64,000 nucleotides of DNA from an uncultured Gemmatimonadota bacterium (GTDB lineage Bacteria; SM23-81; DAOVCL01): NCBI GenBank assembly GCA_964626665.1, contig CAZVGK010000003.1:85277-149276 (forward strand). The letters are read 5' to 3'. The position numbers and the translations under genes are program-made. The notes under the pieces are model-generated. The model was not told where the DNA came from. It saw only the letters and a list, made by a program, of their open reading frames with translations, and searched no databases. This document shows, in pieces, positions 58,642 to 64,000 of this stretch (positions are counted from its first letter, which is position 1; each line of letters starts with the position of its first letter).

Positions 58642-59454
58642 GTGATCCTGACGGCGAAACCACAAGAAAGCTATATGCAAATAGAGGAAACGGTTATCTC
58701 CAGAGCTATCCTTCAGTCCTATTACCGGAAACTCACCGGGAGTTTGGAGATTGATGTGGCCATAGTGGGAGGAGGGCCAGCAGGGCTCACCGCGGCCTAT
58801 TTCCTGGCCAGGGAAGGGGTAAAGGCAAGTATATTCGAGAGAAAGCTCAGCCTTGGAGGGGGAATGTGGGGAGGAGGGATGATGTTCAACCAGATAGTGG
58901 TGCAAAGGGAGGGGAAAGTGATCCTCGATGGTTTCGGGGTGAGCACCCAGGAGTTTTCCCCTAACTATTGGGTCGCCGATTCGGTAGAGGCCGTCTCTAC
59001 CATCTGTTCACAAACCGCTAAGGCGGGGGCAAAGATATTCAACCTGATCAGCGCCGAGGATGTAACCATCAGAGAGGGGAGGGCAACCGGATTGGTTTTA
59101 AACTGGACTGCGGTGGAGACCGCTGAGCTTCCCATTGATCCTCTCTGCATTAAGACTCAATTCATAGTGGATGCCACTGGCCATCCAGCCAAACTAATTG
59201 AGGTAATCCAGCGGAAAGCCGGCTTGAAAATCCCCGGCCGAAAGCCAATCGGAGAAGGACCTATGTGGGCGGAAGCAGGGGAGAAAGCCGTCTTGGAAAA
59301 CACTCAGGAGGTCTTCCCCGGGGTCTTTGTAGCTGGAATGGCGGCCAATGCCGTATTTGGCGCCCCCCGAATGGGTCCCATATTTGGCGGTATGCTCCTC
59401 TCCGGCAAAAGGGCCGCCGCATTGATTCAGAGGAAACTGCAGGGTAGTTCTTAG
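58642..59454 (+). CDS. thi4: Thiazole synthase Thi4 family (archaeal-type)
   Basis: VAIVGGGPAGLTAAYFLA FAD motif and the Thi4 core (GGGMWGGGMMF). Confidence 0.8.
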   Translation: MILTAKPQESYMQIEETVISRAILQSYYRKLTGSLEIDVAIVGGGPAGLTAAYFLAREGVKASIFERKLSLGGGMWGGGMMFNQIVVQREGKVILDGFGVSTQEFSPNYWVADSVEAVSTICSQTAKAGAKIFNLISAEDVTIREGRATGLVLNWTAVETAELPIDPLCIKTQFIVDATGHPAKLIEVIQRKAGLKIPGRKPIGEGPMWAEAGEKAVLENTQEVFPGVFVAGMAANAVFGAPRMGPIFGGMLLSGKRAAALIQRKLQGSS

Positions 59455-59486
59455 CACCCAGCAAATAATCCAATACAAAAACCACT

Positions 59487-59662
59487 TCTACCCGGCTTCA
59501 GCTAAGGGTTCTCATTTTTTTACCGGGTTTTAGTCGAGGGTCATTGGGGCTTTAGCCCATGTGGAGTGCTGTGACTCCTGTCACAGCATGCGTCAACAGG
59601 AGTTGACGCACTCCATATACTGGCCTGAAGGCCCTCAACCCTACTACTAAAGTGCGGTAGAA
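59487..59662. mobile_element. REPIN/MITE-like element, most complete copy
   Basis: ttctacccggcttcagc....ggagtgctgtgactcctgtcacagcatgcgtcaacaggagttgacgcactcc....ctactaaagtgcggtagaa. Same family as 32308-32449. Confidence 0.65.
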
Positions 59663-59833
59663 ACAAGCAACTCAAAAGCCGAAAGGAAAGCCTTTAATCC
59701 GAATTATTCATAAGATCCCACTGAGATACTTCGAGCGTCCAATGAATGAGCGGTCAGATGCCCTCATCTATCTGTCCCCCACCGAGCCGTCAGGTGCCTC
59801 ACCTGACGACAAGTTCTTAAGGCCGGAGTAGCA

Positions 59834-60550
59834 ATGGAACTGCGAAAAAGGTTCGGTCACTTGATTCTCCCCCGGTTAATAGTTCTCCTTTTCCCTTCCC
59901 TTTTCATTCCAGCTATTTTTCTCATAAGTGAGGCAAAAGGCAATAGGATGATAAAGCTCCCCAAACCTAAGCTAAAGGGGGAAATCTCCTTAGAGGAAGC
60001 GATAAATCGCAGGAGTTCTGTAAGGAGCTATTCTGCAAAACCTTTGACCTTAGCTCAACTCTCCCAGCTTCTCTGGGCCGCTTGTGGCCAAAGATTTGAT
60101 GCTGCTACCGAAGCCTCCCGCACCATACCCTCGGCTGGTGCTCTCTATCCCTTGGAGATCTTCATTCTGGTTGGAAAGGTGGAAGATCTGAGTAAGGGCT
60201 TCTACCAATATCACCACATTGATCATTCCCTTGAGCTTCTCAAGAAAGAAGATCTTAGGGAGGTGCTTTCCAGCTCAGCTTGGGGACAGGACTTTCTGGC
60301 CCAGGCTCCAGTTGACCTGATTGTGGCCGCTGAGCCTTCCCGCACTACAGATGTCTACGGGAAAAAGGGGGAAAGGTATATCCAGATAGAGGTCGGCCAC
60401 TTGGCCCAGAATGTTTACCTGCAAGCAGAGGCCCTGGGCCTTTCCACCTGCGCGGTGGGGGCCTTCGATGACGATGAAGTGGCCCGAATTTTAGGGTTTG
60501 AAAAGAACCTTATCCCCCTCTATATCCTCCCCCTGGGTCATCGTAGGTAA
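59834..60550 (+). CDS. SagB-type dehydrogenase / nitroreductase-superfamily protein with N-terminal TM segment
   Basis: RRSSVRSY...SAGALYPLEIF...LSKGFYQYHH motifs of the SagB/ThcOx family. No YcaO partner in the window. Confidence 0.6.
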   Translation: MELRKRFGHLILPRLIVLLFPSLFIPAIFLISEAKGNRMIKLPKPKLKGEISLEEAINRRSSVRSYSAKPLTLAQLSQLLWAACGQRFDAATEASRTIPSAGALYPLEIFILVGKVEDLSKGFYQYHHIDHSLELLKKEDLREVLSSSAWGQDFLAQAPVDLIVAAEPSRTTDVYGKKGERYIQIEVGHLAQNVYLQAEALGLSTCAVGAFDDDEVARILGFEKNLIPLYILPLGHRR

Positions 60551-61066
60551 GTAACATAGAGGCACCCTTAGCAGTAACAATTCACCACGGAATTACCTGG
60601 CGCGGCAAAGCCGCAACCAAACAAGGGCCACAGATTACACGGATTTCACTGACAGAAAAAACTACTATCGGAGGTCGTCGCTGATCACCTACTGCGGGTA
60701 GGGGCTTGATTTATCAAGCCCGTTCGGGTCGCATAAATGCGACCCCTACACTTCTACCCGGCTTTAGCCCTATCTTTTCAACCTACGGGCCTGAAGGCCC
60801 AGGGATAACCAGCATAAACTTCATTTTTAATTCTCAATTCTTGCAAAGGGAGGAGATATTCGGAAAGATTTTTCTCTAATCTGTGGAAATCTTTGCATAT
60901 CTGCGGTTTATATGTGTATTGTAATTCTTATCTCTTTTCCCGTGTAATTCCGTGAATTTCCGTGGTAAATTATCCATTCGTGTAGATTCGTCTATTCGTG
61001 TCATTCGTGTTCTATCAGTGAAATCTGTGGAATTCCGTGGTAAACCAGAAGCCTCGCTAAGCTGAT

Positions 61067-62044
61067 ATGTTTAAATTTCCCAAACCAAAAGTAGGCCTGG
61101 CCCTGGGCGGGGGTGGCGCCAGGGGACTGGCCCATATAGGGGTTTTGAAGGTCCTGCAAAGGGAAGGGATACCGATCGATGCGCTGGCCGGGACCAGTAT
61201 GGGGGCCATAGTGGGAGGTGCCTTTGCTCTCAAGCCAGATGCAAACTATCTTGCCCAGCAGGCAGTAGATATCCTCCAGGATAAGGGCATACTAAACCTG
61301 GACAAGGTCTCTGTAAGATCCATCCCCAAACGCAGGAGGCTCGTGGTAAAGAGGCTCATCTCCTTCATCAAGGAGATTTACCTGATAAACTTGGAGGCCA
61401 CCAAAAGATGGCTTGTAGATGGGGAGAAGATAAGACCCCTGTTGGAGACAGTGGTTGGAGAGAAAACTTTTTCCGACTTGCACCTTCCCTATCTGGCCGT
61501 GGTTACCGACCTCAGAACAGGAGAGGAAATCTGGCTTGGAGAGGGGGAACTCTCCGATGCACTCCTGGCCAGCGCGGCCATCCCCGGGATATTTCCCCCT
61601 TTGGAAAAAGGTAACCGGCTTCTGGTTGATGGAGGGGTAACCAGTTTGGTGCCGGTGGATGCAGTCCACAGCTTGGGGGTTGATCTGGTAATCGGGGTCA
61701 ATGTAGAGGGAGATATATATAGGCAGGATTTCCCCCATGGGATAGACATCCTCTACCAGGCCGATGATATACGGGGGCATGAGCTAACCAAATCCAAGCT
61801 CGCTCAGGCCGACCTAATCATCAGACCAAAGCTAAAGGGCATCAATTGGTCCCACTTCGCCAAGGTGGAGCTCTGCATCCAAAAGGGGGAAGAGGCCACT
61901 TATAGATCCCTGCCGGAAATCAGGATGAAGCTAAAGGCCAAGGCCAGGGCACTAATTTTTAAGAAGCTCTTTGTTAGGAAGGCAAAAGGGAAATTGCCCT
62001 ATCGACAGGTCAGGAAAACACCCCAAGCCATAACAAAAAAATGA
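61067..62044 (+). CDS. Patatin-like phospholipase
   Basis: GGGGARG oxyanion motif, GTSMG (GxSxG) and a DGG catalytic Asp. Confidence 0.85.
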   Translation: MFKFPKPKVGLALGGGGARGLAHIGVLKVLQREGIPIDALAGTSMGAIVGGAFALKPDANYLAQQAVDILQDKGILNLDKVSVRSIPKRRRLVVKRLISFIKEIYLINLEATKRWLVDGEKIRPLLETVVGEKTFSDLHLPYLAVVTDLRTGEEIWLGEGELSDALLASAAIPGIFPPLEKGNRLLVDGGVTSLVPVDAVHSLGVDLVIGVNVEGDIYRQDFPHGIDILYQADDIRGHELTKSKLAQADLIIRPKLKGINWSHFAKVELCIQKGEEATYRSLPEIRMKLKAKARALIFKKLFVRKAKGKLPYRQVRKTPQAITKK

Positions 62045-62088
62045 GAGAATCTAGAATATAATTGCTTTTCCGATCTGCAAAAAAAAAC

Positions 62089-62117
62089 TTGACAAACCGC
62101 TTGTGAGGTAGTATATT
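62089..62117 (+). promoter_or_regulatory. Near-consensus sigma70 promoter (TTGACA - 17 nt - TATATT) with upstream A-tract
   Basis: ttgaca at 62089-62094; spacer aaccgcttgtgaggtag; tatatt at 62112-62117; A9 run at 62078-62086. Confidence 0.55.
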
Positions 62118-62123
62118 TGAGAG

Positions 62124-62265
62124 GAATTGTATTTTTTGAAGGAGGATGGGAAATTGCCCAAAGCCACGGCTTTGATCCGATACACCATAAGAAGTCTTAT
62201 GAGCTTTCTTTCATAAGGCTGAGCAGGAAATTTTTTTATCCTTAGCTCAGTCTTTTTTTGTTTTT
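62124..62265 (+). ncRNA. Candidate short transcript (sRNA, or mRNA for a ~20-aa peptide) ending in an intrinsic terminator
   Basis: Downstream of the strong promoter lie AAGGAGG (62139-62145), a TTG ORF at 62154-62216 (MPKATALIRYTIRSLMSFLS), the hairpin cttatgagctttctttcataag, then ctgagc..gctcag followed by tcttttttt. Confidence 0.3.
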
Positions 62266-63128
62266 ATCCCAAATTATGCGATAGGGTGATCGTCACAAGA
62301 TATTCAAAATGAAGAGCTCACAAAAATTAAGTTTAAACTCCTCTATCGTCTGAAAGATGAAAGTTTATACTCTGGAAGATACTTATTTAATCTGTACTAC
62401 GATCTTGCAAGAACTTGTTTTTTGGACAAAGTTAAAGCCCATTGAGCACAAAATTTCTACCGCACTTTAGTACAGTTTGCTATGGAGTGCGTCAACTCCT
62501 GTTGACGTATGCTGTGACACGGTCACAGCACTCCAAACGGGTTAAACCCCTATCAACCCTCAGCTAAAGCCGGGTAGAAGAAGTCCTGAACGTTGAGTAG
62601 TTTTTTTGGTCTGTGTAATCCGTGTAATCTGTGGCTCTTGTCTGGTTGCGGCTTTGCCGCGCTATGAAAATCTACACTACAATTTTGCAAGATCTTGTTT
62701 TTTTAACAAAGTTTTCCTTAGCAACCGCAAAGCTACTAAGATCGCAGAGGAGATAAAAAGCAAAAGAGAGATGAAATCTACCGAGCCGTCAGAACCCCAA
62801 TTCTGAGGGTAATCTCTATTTTCTTTCGGGGTTACTCCGTGTTTATCCGTGGTGAATCTTTTTCTTTAAACTTTGCGTCCTTTGCGACTTTGCGGTGAAT
62901 TATTTGGTTGCGGCTTCGCCGCACTGGGTTCATCTGTGGTTATAGCATATTTTGGGTTTATATATCGTTCTCCCCTGGCGAGGAGAAACGAGGACAAAGA
63001 AAATGGAAAGGAGGTGATGCAACAAACAGAATCGCCAGAACCTTTATCCCAAAAGGGGGGTGATAACATATGTTGGTGGACTGTTGCTCGTGAACTATTC
63101 ATAAATTTCAATTTGAAGGAGAAAGAAA

Positions 63129-64000
63129 ATGAATAAGTCAAAATTTGTTTGGCTGTTGGCTTTGGCGGGGGTTATTTTCTCCCTGGTGATGGCCACCAGC
63201 ACAGCTCTTGCTGACTGGTATCCTGGCGATCCTTACAAAATGCATTTTCCGCAACTACCGGATGAGGCTGGATGGGATGTGAATGCGACCCAGCCTGTAG
63301 TCCTGGCAGACGACTGGGGGTGTATAGAAAGCGGCTGGGTCAAGGACATCCACTTCTGGGGCTCGTGGATGGAGGGCTTTACAGGCGAGATTACCAGCTT
63401 CGTCCTGAGCATTCACGATAATGTTCCCGGTCCGCCCAGTACGCCGGGCCAGACACTCTGGGAGTGGGAAGTACCCTTCGATTCGGTCATAGCTGTTCCA
63501 TTCACCTCGCCAGAATGGGAAGGGTGGTATGATCCACCTTCTGGTATGTGGGCCCCTTCAGACCATAACACGTACTACCAGTACAATGTCTTTCTCCCAG
63601 AAGCAGAATGGTTCTGGCAGGAAGAAGGAACCATCTACTGGCTAAATATCTCAGCAATCGTTGCGGATCAACCTGGGGGGCAATGGGGCTGGAAGTCGTC
63701 AATTCAGCACTTTGAGGATGATGCATGTTGGGCCTTCTGGGGTGAATTGAATTGGATAGACATCTGGGAGCCGCCGGATTTCATACAGTCCCTCGACCTG
63801 GCTTTTGTAATCACCGGAGGGGTTGAGCTTGACTACGGCGATTGTCCAGATCCAACCTATCCAACCCTGCTGGCCAGTGATGGTGCCAGACATATCATCG
63901 CACCGGGCGTCTTTTTGGGTGCCAGTATCGATCCTGAAACTGATGGTCAACCATCGGCGGATGCACTGGGTGATGATAACAATCCACCTATAGGACCTGA
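63129..64000 (+). CDS. Secreted Trp-rich protein of unknown function (3' end outside window)
   Basis: ATG at 63129 preceded by aggagaaagaaa. Signal peptide MNKSKFVWLLALAGVIFSLVMATSTALA. The frame stays open to 64000. The ORF caller missed it because there is no stop in the window. Confidence 0.6.
   Translation, partial: MNKSKFVWLLALAGVIFSLVMATSTALADWYPGDPYKMHFPQLPDEAGWDVNATQPVVLADDWGCIESGWVKDIHFWGSWMEGFTGEITSFVLSIHDNVPGPPSTPGQTLWEWEVPFDSVIAVPFTSPEWEGWYDPPSGMWAPSDHNTYYQYNVFLPEAEWFWQEEGTIYWLNISAIVADQPGGQWGWKSSIQHFEDDACWAFWGELNWIDIWEPPDFIQSLDLAFVITGGVELDYGDCPDPTYPTLLASDGARHIIAPGVFLGASIDPETDGQPSADALGDDNNPPIGP

Noticed and set aside
63502-63950. Minus-strand ORFs 63502..63726 and 63699..63950
   Set aside because: Antisense to the plus-strand secreted-protein gene (63129 onwards), which has a signal peptide and RBS.
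1-64000. tRNA, rRNA, tmRNA, RNase P and integrase/transposase genes
   Set aside because: No T-loop-containing cloverleaf candidates, rRNA-like segments or recombinase ORFs were found on reading. The MITE/REP-like elements appear non-autonomous within this window.

Overview
The window is a 64-kb, about 50% GC, gene-dense chromosomal segment that appears to come from an uncultivated anaerobic bacterium of the FCB group. The FCB placement rests on a 1,248-aa beta-helix/FN3 protein and a small lipoprotein that both carry T9SS-type C-terminal sorting domains, plus archaeal-type Thi4, a zinc-ribbon ThrC and a HypA with an Mrp-type partner. No rRNA, tRNA, CRISPR array, integrase or transposase was found. 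Gene content, left to right: (i) a 5'-truncated STAND-like P-loop NTPase with TPR-like repeats and a C-terminal cold-shock domain; (ii) a decayed envelope region: a T9SS-tailed lipoprotein, an OMP beta-barrel gene and an O-antigen-ligase remnant, the last two each interrupted by an in-frame TGA; (iii) an LPS/polysaccharide locus (GT4, GT2, ATP-grasp, GT9 heptosyltransferase, epimerase, MsbA-like exporter) with a 4.3-kb low-GC block; (iv) gcvH-gcvPA-gcvPB, a small radical-SAM activase and threonine synthase; (v) a large nucleobase-catabolism supercluster. That supercluster contains ssnA, preA and preT (split apart by a 7.6-kb insertion), adenine deaminase, two complete molybdenum-hydroxylase subunit sets with xdhC and mocA, and a DUF364 protein. 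The 7.6-kb insertion carries the giant T9SS cargo protein and a low-GC two-gene island: a NERD-like PD-(D/E)xK nuclease plus an uncharacterised partner; (vi) nitroreductase, OMPs, a VapBC pair, HypA with an Mrp-type HypB-like ATPase, a Trp/Tyr-rich lipoprotein with a FadL/PorV-like OMP, NfeD-stomatin, Thi4, a SagB-type dehydrogenase, patatin, and a partial Trp-rich secreted protein at the right edge. Nearly every intergenic gap of 100 nt or more is filled by a mosaic of at least eight hairpin/MITE repeat families. Several are REP/REPIN-like with CTAC/GTAG flanks, and one MITE shows a perfect TIR plus TSD. These elements repeatedly sit at gene 3' ends and encode the last residues and stop codon of the upstream gene. 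The most interesting candidates are the NERD-nuclease two-gene island and the STAND-TPR-CSD protein as possible novel defence modules, the repeat elements that supply gene C-termini, and small inverted-repeat-flanked gene cassettes (GxxExxY, four-helix-bundle).
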